From: an uncultured Acidobacteriota bacterium
GTDB lineage: Bacteria > Acidobacteriota > Terriglobia > Terriglobales > Acidobacteriaceae
DNA length: 64,000 nt
Assembly (NCBI GenBank): GCA_963799305.1
Contig: CAWCWX010000004.1
Span: 43,320 to 107,319, forward strand
Reading direction: 5' to 3'
The position numbers were made by a program, and so were the translations under genes. The notes under the pieces were generated by a model. That model did not search any database and had not been told where the DNA came from. It saw only the letters and a list, made by a program, of their open reading frames with translations. Of the stretch, positions 1 to 9,066 are shown in pieces (position 1 is the first letter of the stretch; each line of letters opens with the position of its first letter).

Positions 1-948
1 GCGGAAATCCGTAACCGAGCCGGCATATGGCTTTGGAACGTAACGCCAGCAGGCGTCATCGTTGATTTGCCAAATTCGGCCGAGCACAAGCGCAGTGGAC
101 CAGGCAGCATCCGCATTCTTCTTGAACTTTGCCAATAACATTCCTCGCCATACCGGAATTCGGCTGCGCAATATCTCTGTCTTTTCCTCAAGAAACTTGG
201 ACGCGCCAGCCAAGTCAAGGCTCAGGAAACTGGCCAGATGGAAAATGAAGCGCTGGAATGCATAGCTGCTTTTGCTCCAAAGCGTGATCGGGATCTTCGA
301 CCAGTTCATGGTGTCGAACATCGCGAGCAGGGCCACTTGCTCGCCATCCGCTTGGAGTTGCTGAGCCGCTTCGTAGGCGATTGTGCCGCCACCGCAGTAG
401 CCGCCGAGAAAATATGGTCCATGCGGCTGAATTCTTCTGACCTCCTTCAAGTAAAGGTAAGCCATATCCTCCACGGTTGTGAGCGGAGGGAGACTGCCGT
501 CCAACCCCTGAGACTGCAGGCCGTAGAAAGGTTGATCCGAGCCCAAGTGCCGTGAAAGATCGCGATAGATCAGAACGTTTCCGCCAGCTCCGTGGAAACA
601 GAAGAAAGGCGGGCGCGAGCCTTGAGGTTGAATTGCGACCAGTGGCGACCAACCGGGCGTGGACATTTCGCCGCAAATAACCCGGGCGAGCTCTTCGATG
701 GTAGGAGTTTCGTAAAGCGTGGCCAAAGGCAATTTGACTTTGAATATCTCTTCGATTTTGGCGAACATCCTCACGGCAAGGGATGAGTCACCGCCAAGAT
801 CGAAGAAGTTTTGATCGACACTGACGGAGTCGAGTCCAAGGAGCTCTTGCCAGATGGGAACAAGCTCGCCTTCTGTGGCGTCAACGGCGGTGACTTCTTT
901 CGGTTGTTCGACTGCCTCCGCGATCCCTTGAGTGTCCATGTTGCTCAT
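1..948 (-). CDS. Carrier protein (PCP/ACP)-thioesterase didomain protein; the 3' end runs off the left edge of the window
   Basis: The minus-strand frame is open from ATG 948-946 down to position 1. It is absent from the ORF track because it is unterminated in the window. My translation is MSNMDTQGIA...NFFDLGGDSSLAVRMF (phosphopantetheine attachment motif, Ser codon 786-784), then PPFFCFHGAGGNV and LGGYCGGG (alpha/beta-hydrolase nucleophile elbow, Cys codon 396-394). Confidence 0.8.
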   Translation of the reverse strand, partial: MSNMDTQGIAEAVEQPKEVTAVDATEGELVPIWQELLGLDSVSVDQNFFDLGGDSSLAVRMFAKIEEIFKVKLPLATLYETPTIEELARVICGEMSTPGWSPLVAIQPQGSRPPFFCFHGAGGNVLIYRDLSRHLGSDQPFYGLQSQGLDGSLPPLTTVEDMAYLYLKEVRRIQPHGPYFLGGYCGGGTIAYEAAQQLQADGEQVALLAMFDTMNWSKIPITLWSKSSYAFQRFIFHLASFLSLDLAGASKFLEEKTEILRSRIPVWRGMLLAKFKKNADAAWSTALVLGRIWQINDDACWRYVPKPYAGSVTDFR

Positions 949-1078
949 GTTGACCACACTACCGCCATTCTGCTGCCGTTGTTGGGGACATTTCTTGGGG
1001 GAGGTTACCGCAGGACTACTCTGTTATGACCACCAGTCACACAGTATGGAAGTTACGTTAAGTGCGAACAACGGTGGC

Positions 1079-2515
1079 TTAATTCTTCAATGAAGCGTAA
1101 CCCAAAATGGCTTTGAGTTCAAGGAATTCCTGCAGCCCTGCCTCGCCCCATTCGCGGCCATTCCCCGACTGTTTGTAGCCCCCAAAACAGCCCGCGAAAT
1201 CTACTCTGGCCCCATTCACGTGAACGTTCCCCGCGCGAATCCGCTTCGCCACTCGGCGTGCCCGCTCCAGATCCCGCGACGAAACGTAGCCGGACAGTCC
1301 GTAGGGGCTGTCGTTGGCGATTCTGACGGCGTCGTCCTCGTCCTCGTAAGGAATGATGCAAAGGACCGGCCCGAAGATCTCCTCGCGCGCGATGGTCATG
1401 TCGTTGCGAACGCCAGCGAACACCGTCGGCCTCGCGAAATAGCCCCTGGTGTGCCCATCCGCTCGGCCCGGCCCACCCGCAACCAATGTGGCACCCTCTT
1501 TGATCCCTGCCTCGATCATCCGCTGCACTTTTTCGAACTGAGCTTTGCCCGCCAGGGGACCGATGTGTGAGCCGTCGCTGGACGGTGAGTCCACTGAGGT
1601 CGAATCAGCCGCATTCTTGGCGACTTTGATCGCTTGCTCCATTTGGGAGTGCGGAACTAGCATGCGGGTTGGTGCGTCGCAAGACTGGCCGGTATTGCGG
1701 AAGCAGGCTTGGACGCCCTCCTTCACAGCGCTTTCGAGATTTGCATCATCCAAAATGATGTTTGCTGTTTTGCCACCCAGTTCCTGAGTAACGCGCTTGA
1801 TCGTGGGGGCCGCGGCGGTCGCAACCGCAATGCCGGCCCGGGTTGATCCCGTAAAAGAGACCATCGCTACGTCAGGATGCGAAGCAATCGCGGCGCCCAC
1901 CGTGGGACCGTCGCCGTTGATCAAATTGAAAACGCCAGCGGGGACGCCAGCTTCATGCAGAATCTGCGCAAAGAGATATGCGGAGAGCGGCGCGTTTTCA
2001 CTTGGCTTGAGCACCATCGTGCATCCCGCTGCAAGCGCCGGCGCTACCTTGCATCCGACCTGGTTCATGGGCCAGTTCCAGGGAGTGATCAGTCCACACA
2101 CTCCGACCGGTTCCTTGCGCATCAGGGTTGTGCCCTTCAGTTCCTCGAACTGGAAGTGCTCGAGAACTTTCGCGATCTCGACAAAATGAGCGAGCCCGGC
2201 CGGCACCTGCGCCTTTCGGCAAAGCGCGATCGGAGCTCCCATTTCCTCTGAAATCGTCTCCGCCAGCGCATCGCTCTTTGCCTGGTAAACCTCAATGATC
2301 CGGCGGAGAAGTGCTAGGCGGGCTTCAACGGTGGTCTCGGAGTAGGAATCGAACGCCCGTTTCGCAGCGAGCACAGCTTTGTCGACGTCAACGGGACTTC
2401 CCATCGATATCATTGCAATGGCTTCTTCGGTGGCAGGATTTCTGACTTCGAAGTCGCGCGTCTGGGCCGGGTCAACCCACTTTCCATCAATGTAGAACTG
2501 GCGACAATGTTTCAT
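1079..2515 (-). CDS. NAD(P)-dependent aldehyde dehydrogenase family protein
   Basis: 478-aa ORF with the ALDH hallmarks ELGGK (general-base Glu) and FRNTGQSCDAPTR (catalytic Cys). The N-terminus FYIDGKWVDP is typical of the family. It is co-directional with the GT2 gene upstream (57-nt gap) and the PCP-TE gene downstream (130-nt gap). Confidence 0.9.
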   Translation of the reverse strand: MKHCRQFYIDGKWVDPAQTRDFEVRNPATEEAIAMISMGSPVDVDKAVLAAKRAFDSYSETTVEARLALLRRIIEVYQAKSDALAETISEEMGAPIALCRKAQVPAGLAHFVEIAKVLEHFQFEELKGTTLMRKEPVGVCGLITPWNWPMNQVGCKVAPALAAGCTMVLKPSENAPLSAYLFAQILHEAGVPAGVFNLINGDGPTVGAAIASHPDVAMVSFTGSTRAGIAVATAAAPTIKRVTQELGGKTANIILDDANLESAVKEGVQACFRNTGQSCDAPTRMLVPHSQMEQAIKVAKNAADSTSVDSPSSDGSHIGPLAGKAQFEKVQRMIEAGIKEGATLVAGGPGRADGHTRGYFARPTVFAGVRNDMTIAREEIFGPVLCIIPYEDEDDAVRIANDSPYGLSGYVSSRDLERARRVAKRIRAGNVHVNGARVDFAGCFGGYKQSGNGREWGEAGLQEFLELKAILGYASLKN

Positions 2516-2572
2516 TGCCTCAGTATAGTGTGAGGCGAGCTAGAGCGGATTTGAGAAGCGATCTGAGGTTCC

Positions 2573-3484
2573 CTAAAGACCTGCTCCACCCGAAACGCTC
2601 TCTTTGTGCGGGTCGTAACGCTTTCGGAGGAGCCGGTAAAAGAACGAGGTACTCCTTTGCAGGGATTGCCGAATTGTTAGCGTCACCCATGCTGATCGGC
2701 CGATGGACGGATCTTTCGAAGCCTTCCACATCACTCCGAGCATCTTAAGACGCTCTCGATGAGTCATGCGAATGCGGACTCCCCTGGAAGCGATATGGTC
2801 GTATGTACTCGCTTCCAACAAGGCCGATCGAACGTCTTTACGAAAACATTTGAGCAGAGACAATGGAATGTCGTGTTCTATAACCGCATCTCTGACGTAA
2901 TAGGGAAGTTCCCCGCGTTCGATCAGGGTAGCCAATAACAGCGTGTCTTCTGCTCGAACGGCGGAGGGATCAAAAAGGCCTTTTTCGAAATCCACCTTCG
3001 AGCGTCGAATCGCAAATCCAGCGGTGTTCAAGTAGCGAATGGACCCATCCGGCCGGAGCAGTTGGTTTTGAAGTGCTTTCAATCGGAGTTCTTCTGCCCG
3101 GCCGACCACGCCGCGGCCGTTTCCAGCAAGGCTAAGCTGAAAGTAGTTCTTTGCAGGCAGGGCGGCGGCGGTTGATGCCAAACCCGAGAGACACTTCGGT
3201 CGCAGTCGGCTATCCGCGTCTACAAACAGAAGGAGCGACCCTTGGGAGGTGTGAATTCCGTAGTTTCTCGCGCTGGAGATCCCCGCATGAGGCTGCCTCA
3301 GAACGGTCAACCGAAAATGGTTGGAGAATTGTCGAATCGATTCGGGGGCAGGCTGGTCGCTGCCGTCGTCGATGACAATGACCTCAGAATCTGGGGGGGC
3401 GGTTTGGTCCGCCAGCGAGGCTAGGCAGGGATTCAGTGCCGCCCAGTCATTGTAAACAGCGATGATAACGCTGAGTAGCGGCAT
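2573..3484 (-). CDS. Family 2 glycosyltransferase
   Basis: The ORF track gives 2573..3766, but the GT-A signature begins at the internal ATG 3484 (MPLLSVIIAVYNDWAALNPCLASL...EVIVIDDGSDQ, later FVDADS). The upstream 94 codons start at TTG and are Cys/Pro-rich, unlike a GT2 N-terminus, so I prefer the shorter start. Confidence 0.75.
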   Translation of the reverse strand: MPLLSVIIAVYNDWAALNPCLASLADQTAPPDSEVIVIDDGSDQPAPESIRQFSNHFRLTVLRQPHAGISSARNYGIHTSQGSLLLFVDADSRLRPKCLSGLASTAAALPAKNYFQLSLAGNGRGVVGRAEELRLKALQNQLLRPDGSIRYLNTAGFAIRRSKVDFEKGLFDPSAVRAEDTLLLATLIERGELPYYVRDAVIEHDIPLSLLKCFRKDVRSALLEASTYDHIASRGVRIRMTHRERLKMLGVMWKASKDPSIGRSAWVTLTIRQSLQRSTSFFYRLLRKRYDPHKESVSGGAGL

Positions 3485-3862
3485 CGGCGGATGTAGGATG
3501 GCATAATCGATCCGGAAATCACAGCTCAATGAGTGACATTCGTCACATGGATCGAGTTTGGGGGATAGGGGTACTCTCGCCAAGTACGGGCGGCGGGAAG
3601 ATGCCGTTGGCCCTTTGCTACAAGGTCCACAGGGGTCGCCACAGGCCACCACGCCCCGGCGATTGAGGTCATGTATCTGTATGAAAATATAGCTAATTGG
3701 GAGCGGACCGTCGGTTCTTGTCGAGCCTCCAAAGAAACTTGACAGGAGTCCCAAAGCACGCGACAATAAGTTCTCCCTCGGTTAGTGGTATCCCCCTCAG
3801 TGGTTGTTTGAGTTCCCCCTAGGGTCCAGTAAGATCAGCCATTCATAATCCAGGAGAACGCC

Positions 3863-5107
3863 TTGCCCGAGTCCATGGTAATAGCCAACCCAAGTGTCCC
3901 CGTGAGACGACCAGTACAGATCAAGGAAGTTGTTGTCATTGGAGCCGGCCCGTATGGGTTGAGTGCCGCAGCTAATTTGCTTGCCGCTGGCACCGAGCCC
4001 TATGTCATCGGGCAAGCGATGTCCTTCTGGAAAAGAAGTATGCCGGGAGGGATGCTTCTTCGCTCGAAGAATGAAGCCTCAAACATCGCCGCTCCGCAAA
4101 AGCACCTTTCCCTCAAAGCGTACGAAAAAGCAATCCGGCGCAAAATAGCCGACCCCGTGCCGATTGAGGACTTCATCGCCTACGGAGAGTGGTTCCAAAA
4201 ACAAGTCGCTCCAGATCTCGATACTCGCCAGGTGCAGAAGGTCTCCCATGACGGCGGAATTTTTGAGGTGACCTTCGAGGATGGGGACAAACTGCAGGCC
4301 AAGTCCGTGGTATTGGCTCTCGGTATTGGCCCTTTTGCCTATCGGCCCGAGCAGTTTGCCGATATACCCCGGGAACTGGCTCCGCATTCTTCGGACTTCA
4401 ACGAGTTTTCCCGATTCAAGGGGAAACGGGTCGCGGTACTCGGACGAGGTCAGAGCGCACTCGAGTCGGCAGCTCTCCTCCATGAGCACGGTGCCGAGGT
4501 CCAGATTCTCACTCGCGACCCGGCGCTCATCTACCGACCATACGCATGGAAGAAACATATCTTTCGCGCCTTGACTTCAGGCCCTCTCCTTCCACTTTCT
4601 TACCGAGTCATTCCGCCGACTGATCTGGGTGATGTATGGACTTCCCGAAAGATGGCAAAGCCCGAATTATTTCGGCGGCAGACCCCAGAGGATCAAGAGA
4701 AGCTCCTGCGGGCGTGCGCAAGGCCGATCGGCGCCTACTGGCTGGAGCCACGGCTAAAGAATGTACGGCTGAAGACCGGGGTGAGCGTTGGCCGGGCTGC
4801 CATCTCTCGAGATGGCTTGAAGATTGAACTGAGCGATGGAGTCACAGACACTGTGGATTTTGTCGTGTGTGCCACTGGCTATCGGATTGATATTTCGAAA
4901 TACCAGATCGTGGATAGTTCGCTCCAGAGGAAGATCGAGAAGACTTCCCAGGGCTATCCAGTATTGGATATGAAGTTGCAGACAACTGTTCCGGGGCTCT
5001 ACATGGCAGGAGTCATTGGAGAGAAAACCCTAGGGCCGACATTGCGATTCGTAACTGGAACCTCCAATGCTGGTCCGCGGTTAGCGGCATCGATCACTGG
5101 CAAATGA
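3863..5107 (+). CDS. FAD/NAD(P)-binding oxidoreductase, flavin monooxygenase-like (lysine/ornithine N-monooxygenase type fold)
   Basis: 414-aa ORF with two dinucleotide-binding motifs, VVVIGAGPYGLSAA and VAVLGRGQSALESA, plus a C-terminal CATGYRID (ATG motif). Confidence 0.7.
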   Translation: MPESMVIANPSVPVRRPVQIKEVVVIGAGPYGLSAAANLLAAGTEPYVIGQAMSFWKRSMPGGMLLRSKNEASNIAAPQKHLSLKAYEKAIRRKIADPVPIEDFIAYGEWFQKQVAPDLDTRQVQKVSHDGGIFEVTFEDGDKLQAKSVVLALGIGPFAYRPEQFADIPRELAPHSSDFNEFSRFKGKRVAVLGRGQSALESAALLHEHGAEVQILTRDPALIYRPYAWKKHIFRALTSGPLLPLSYRVIPPTDLGDVWTSRKMAKPELFRRQTPEDQEKLLRACARPIGAYWLEPRLKNVRLKTGVSVGRAAISRDGLKIELSDGVTDTVDFVVCATGYRIDISKYQIVDSSLQRKIEKTSQGYPVLDMKLQTTVPGLYMAGVIGEKTLGPTLRFVTGTSNAGPRLAASITGK

Positions 5108-5117
5108 TTCTCCGCCA

Positions 5118-6488
5118 TTGACCACACAGGCACGCAAAAAGAAACGGAGCCCAATGCGAAAGACTAATAAGGATCGACCAGGAGCAATCATTCTAGGTGG
5201 AAATTTTGTCGGGTTGGGAATTGTGAGAAGTCTCGGAGCGCGTGGCATTCCGGTTTGGGTGATCGACGCCGACCGCTCCAAGTCGATCGCTCAGTTTTCC
5301 CGATTCACTACGCGATTCATAGAAACCAAAGAACCAATTGTCGAGGTCCTTCTTCGAGAGGGAAGAGAACATCATCTCGATGGCTGGGTCCTGTTTCCTG
5401 TCGCCGACGAATACGTCGAAATCCTGTCCGACAATCGTCATCTTTTAAGTGCAATCTACCGGGTGACTACCGCGCCCCCCGACGTCACAAAATTTGCGCT
5501 GGACAAGCGGTTGACCTATCGTCGGGCTGATGAATTGGGCATTGCGACTCCCTGGACTTCGGTCGGCGACTCAGTGGCCGAGGTGGAAACAGAAGGCGTT
5601 CCTTATCCAGCAATTCTGAAGCCCGCCGTCAATCATCATTTCTTTCCGCAGACGAATATTAAGGCGCTCCCGGTCGAAAACCGATCGGAGTTGGAACGGG
5701 GATTTGCTCAAATGAGCAAATATATTCCGCCGGATGAGATTCTTGTCCAGGAGCGCATTCCCGGAGGGGGAGAGAATCAGTTTTCCTATTGTGCGGTCTG
5801 CAAAGACGGACGCGCCTATGCGTCGCTGGTGGCGCAGCGCAGGCGGCAATATCCGGTGGATTTCGGCAATGCCAGCACGTTTGTGGAAACAACGAGCCAA
5901 CCCGTCGTCGAAGAAGCCGGCCGACGGTTCCTGGAGAGTATCGGATTTGATGGCATGGCCGAAGTAGAGTTCAAGTTTGATTCGAGAGACGGAAAATACA
6001 AGATTCTCGACGTCAATCCGCGAACCTGGGGTTGGCATACGCTAGGTAAAGCTGCCGGAATGGATTTTTCCTATCTACTCTGGGGTCAGGCGGTAGGGCT
6101 GCCAGTAGTGCCCATTGAGGCAAAGCACAAAGCGGCCTGGATTCGGGAGATCACAGATATCGTGGCCATCGCCAAGTCGCGCAATCGTTGGGCTGACGTC
6201 AAAAGACTGATGACGGCACTCTACAGCGGCAGGTTCACTTCGGCCACCTTCAGCGTTGTGGATCCAGTTCCGTTCTTCGCTGAGTTGGGGTTGTGGATTT
6301 CTTCAGGCGTATCACGACAAAGAAAAGCCAAGGCGTTTCTCCAGCTCAATCCTTCCAGTTCTCAACCTGAGCGATCGGGCGCGCGAGAGGTTTCTGGAGG
6401 GGTTCCCCGTTCTCGGGCTCGGTTCTGGCCGTTTGCGAGTGTTAGGACCACTCGGAAGGCAGCGAAGGTGGTGCAGGCGGGGCCATAG
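5118..6488 (+). CDS. ATP-grasp superfamily carboxylate-amine ligase-like protein
   Basis: 456-aa ORF starting 10 nt after the previous stop. It has an N-terminal GAIILGGNFVGLGIVRSLGARGIPVWVID and ATP-grasp-like strings PAILKPAV, LVQERIPGG and AEVEFKFDSRDGKYKILDVNPR. Confidence 0.75.
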   Translation: MTTQARKKKRSPMRKTNKDRPGAIILGGNFVGLGIVRSLGARGIPVWVIDADRSKSIAQFSRFTTRFIETKEPIVEVLLREGREHHLDGWVLFPVADEYVEILSDNRHLLSAIYRVTTAPPDVTKFALDKRLTYRRADELGIATPWTSVGDSVAEVETEGVPYPAILKPAVNHHFFPQTNIKALPVENRSELERGFAQMSKYIPPDEILVQERIPGGGENQFSYCAVCKDGRAYASLVAQRRRQYPVDFGNASTFVETTSQPVVEEAGRRFLESIGFDGMAEVEFKFDSRDGKYKILDVNPRTWGWHTLGKAAGMDFSYLLWGQAVGLPVVPIEAKHKAAWIREITDIVAIAKSRNRWADVKRLMTALYSGRFTSATFSVVDPVPFFAELGLWISSGVSRQRKAKAFLQLNPSSSQPERSGAREVSGGVPRSRARFWPFASVRTTRKAAKVVQAGP

Positions 6489-6625
6489 TGAGACCCCGCA
6501 AAATGATCTCGTTGTCTTGTTGAAGTCCGGGGCCGGGGAGCGGTTTACAATGGGCAGGTCGGGTCGCGGAACGCGACGGCCATCGACTTTGATCGCGGCC
6601 AGGACTTCTGCAAGGACTGGGCAGG

Positions 6626-7402
6626 ATGAACGTGAGCAGCGTATTTGCGGGTGCCCCGAAGCTGGGCCGTGAAGGTTCGTGGTCACAGCCAGCGTCGCCG
6701 CCGGGTTTCCCGACTCGCCATGTTGACGTCTGGAGAGTGCGTCTTGACGAATCCGCAACACCGGGCTTCGAGAGCAGCATTCTGTCGCCAGATGAGATTG
6801 CGCGCGCCAGCCGATTTCACTTCGAGAAAGATCGAATTCACTTCAGCCGATGCCGCTCGGCACTTCGATTCTTGCTTGCGGACTACCTCGCTATCCCCGC
6901 CGCCGAGATTTGCTTTGAGTATATGGCCGCTGGAAAGCCTCAACTCGCAGCCGGACAGAATCCACGCGCGTTGCACTTCAACGTATCCCACTCGAGCGGC
7001 ATTGCGTTAATCGCGGTTGGCAGTGGGGAACCATTGGGCGTGGACATAGAAAGAATCCGCAGAGATGTGGACACAAATTCGCTGGCCGAGAGATTTTTTT
7101 CGATTCGTGAACGCGCCGGGCTTCGGGCCTTACCGAAGCATCTCCGCGTGCCAGGCTTTTATGCCTGCTGGACGCGCAAGGAAGCTTTCCTCAAGGCGAC
7201 GGGCGACGGACTCTCATTTCCGCTGGCGAATTTCTCCGTCACTGTCCACCCTGAACGCGATCCTGAACTTGAGGAGATCGATGGGAACCTGGAGGCTGGG
7301 AAGCAATGGTTTATGGCAGACCTCAGCGTCGCGGAAGGCTACCGCGCCGCAGTGGCGATCGAGCGCTCCGATTGCCGTTTGGAGACTCATGGATGGAACT
7401 GA
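6626..7402 (+). CDS. Sfp-type 4'-phosphopantetheinyl transferase
   Basis: 258-aa ORF with the PPTase motifs VDVWRVRL, GVDIERIR and WTRKEAFLKATGDG. Confidence 0.85.
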   Translation: MNVSSVFAGAPKLGREGSWSQPASPPGFPTRHVDVWRVRLDESATPGFESSILSPDEIARASRFHFEKDRIHFSRCRSALRFLLADYLAIPAAEICFEYMAAGKPQLAAGQNPRALHFNVSHSSGIALIAVGSGEPLGVDIERIRRDVDTNSLAERFFSIRERAGLRALPKHLRVPGFYACWTRKEAFLKATGDGLSFPLANFSVTVHPERDPELEEIDGNLEAGKQWFMADLSVAEGYRAAVAIERSDCRLETHGWN

Positions 7403-7456
7403 TACTGGTATCGCGGGGTCTGTCCTAACCCCAGCGAACTGGTTGAACACCTGCCG

Positions 7457-8347
7457 ATGAAGCCAAAGCCCTATCATGCCTTCACTGGGGGCTTCGTTAT
7501 CTTGGTAGCGATGTCCGTGATGTTCTGGTGGCGTCCGTTGAGAGACACATTAAGGCTTGCGCTCGAACAAGATGCCTACACTCACATCTTGCTGATTCTC
7601 CCGTTGGGCGCGGCGCTCATCTATTTGGATTTCAAGGCTCTCCGAACCGACCTGCATCCCAGTCCTCGCATCGGCTCGGTGTTGCTGGGTCTGTCGTTGC
7701 TCATCGGTTGTTTTGAAAGGTGGGGGATGGCGGGCGCGTCTGAAGATGTCCGGCTGACGATCGCAATATTTGCGCTCGTGACGTGGTGGATCGCGAGTGT
7801 TAAGGTCTGTTTCGGCGAGCACACTTTTCGGTTCTTGCTGCTTCCATTGTGCTTCTTGTTCTTACTGGTGCCCCTTCCGGAAGTCGTACTGAACGTGATC
7901 GTTCGATCTCTTCAACACGGATCGGCCTGGATGGCCGCATTGCTCTTTCAGGTTGTCGGCGAACCCGTCCAGCGGGATGGAGTGCTAATCTCGCTCACGA
8001 ATTTGGATCTCGAAGTTGCCAAGGAATGTAGCAGCATCAGGTCCAGTTGGATGTTGGTTGTTACCTCAATCGTTCTCGCTGATTTGTTCTTGCGTTCGTG
8101 GCAGAGGAAAGCGCTGCTCATCGCCGCCGCAATTCCACTGTCCGTAATCAAGAATGGCCTGCGGGTGTTTACGATCGGAGAGCTTGGAACTCGAGTAGAC
8201 CCTGGCTTCCTTGATGGGAACCTGCATCATCACGGAGGGATTGTTTTCTTTGGCATTGCGGTGCTTGGCGTCGGCGCCCTGCTATGGGCGCTGCGGAGAA
8301 GCGAGTTGTCGATACGGAGTGAGGCCGACGTATCGGTTGAGACATGA
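7457..8347 (+). CDS. Exosortase family protein (stand-alone, no EpsI domain)
   Basis: 296-aa polytopic membrane ORF starting 54 nt after the PPTase stop. The conserved exosortase residues are in context: Cys in LEVAKECSSIRSS, Arg in IKNGLRVF, His in NLHHHGGIVFF. Confidence 0.85.
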   Translation: MKPKPYHAFTGGFVILVAMSVMFWWRPLRDTLRLALEQDAYTHILLILPLGAALIYLDFKALRTDLHPSPRIGSVLLGLSLLIGCFERWGMAGASEDVRLTIAIFALVTWWIASVKVCFGEHTFRFLLLPLCFLFLLVPLPEVVLNVIVRSLQHGSAWMAALLFQVVGEPVQRDGVLISLTNLDLEVAKECSSIRSSWMLVVTSIVLADLFLRSWQRKALLIAAAIPLSVIKNGLRVFTIGELGTRVDPGFLDGNLHHHGGIVFFGIAVLGVGALLWALRRSELSIRSEADVSVET

Positions 8348-8568
8348 AGGTAGGCGACCATCCAACCCTCTACCACTCACGAAAGAGAGAGCGTGTGTTC
8401 TCATATGCCGTCGAGATTCCGGGCCGGTTTCAGAAATCAGGTTTTCAGGGCTGCGAGTTTTTCCGTCAAGACATGAGCTGCCAATCAAGCCGAAAACAGC
8501 AGAGCGCCAGCGCTCGCGTTTTCGCTTAAATGCATTTGGTACCACCCAAAAATGATGTTCTTATAAAG

Positions 8569-8588
8569 AGTTGCAAGGAATTGCAACT
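8569..8588. promoter_or_regulatory. Candidate operator: perfect palindrome AGTTGCAA-ggaa-TTGCAACT
   Basis: An 8-bp perfect inverted repeat with a 4-nt spacer, in the ~470-nt non-coding gap after the exosortase gene. It uses the same half-site (TTGCAAC) as 16380..16406. Confidence 0.4.
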
Positions 8589-8820
8589 ATGGCGCACCCT
8601 TTGTCGATGTCAGATGGAATCTCGCGACAAACCCTAGATTAATGAGCCTGTTACTCGGCACTGCCGACTCGCAAAGTGTCGAAGATCGTTCAGTTCATGA
8701 AACGGGATCTGTCAATCTTTTGCGGTCCGCAGCGCCACCGACTGGTGTATAATCTCGCCCGCTCGCGACTGCCCTGTTTTTAGGGCATCCACTCGTTCTA
8801 TGAGTCAGGAGGGTTTTAGC

Positions 8821-9066
8821 ATGGGCCACTTTGATCGTCTGCAGTTGATTGGAAGGATTACCTACTACGTCGGCTGGATTGCGCTGATCGCCGGTGGACT
8901 GGTGCAACTTAACATTGCAGCAAAGCTCTTCTTGGCGATCAGTCTAACGAAGCGCAATCTGTTTGAGCTCAGTGCGATTTGCTTCGTGATTTGCATTGCC
9001 TCGGCTCTCCGAGCCCTCATCCTGGCCGGAGACCAGATGTCCGGATCTATGAGAAAAGCTGCGTAG
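8821..9066 (+). CDS. Small membrane protein, unknown function
   Basis: The ORF track gives 8800..9066. The internal ATG 8821 is preceded by AGGAGG (8807-8812) at 8-nt spacing. Two hydrophobic helices are present (ITYYVGWIALIAGGLVQL and LSAICFVICIASALRALIL). I recognised no family. Confidence 0.5.
   Translation: MGHFDRLQLIGRITYYVGWIALIAGGLVQLNIAAKLFLAISLTKRNLFELSAICFVICIASALRALILAGDQMSGSMRKAA

Noticed and set aside
3485-3766. N-terminal 94-codon extension of the GT2 ORF containing CGDPCGPC and CDECHSLSC
   Set aside because: It starts at TTG and has no resemblance to GT2 N-termini, and the GT-A fold begins right at ATG 3484. A real Cys-rich extension cannot be excluded without homology data.
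8344-8529. 61-aa ORF whose ATG overlaps the exosortase stop codon (ATGA)
   Set aside because: The translation is basic, with no TM segment, signal peptide or sorting motif, and I see no ribosome-binding site beyond the overlap. It cannot be supported without conservation data.
8590-8604. TGGCGCACCCTTTGT as a sigma-54 promoter
   Set aside because: The spacing is correct, but the -12 element is TTGT instead of TTGC and the -24 element is TGGCGC. It is too weak to call and is mentioned only as context for the adjacent palindrome.
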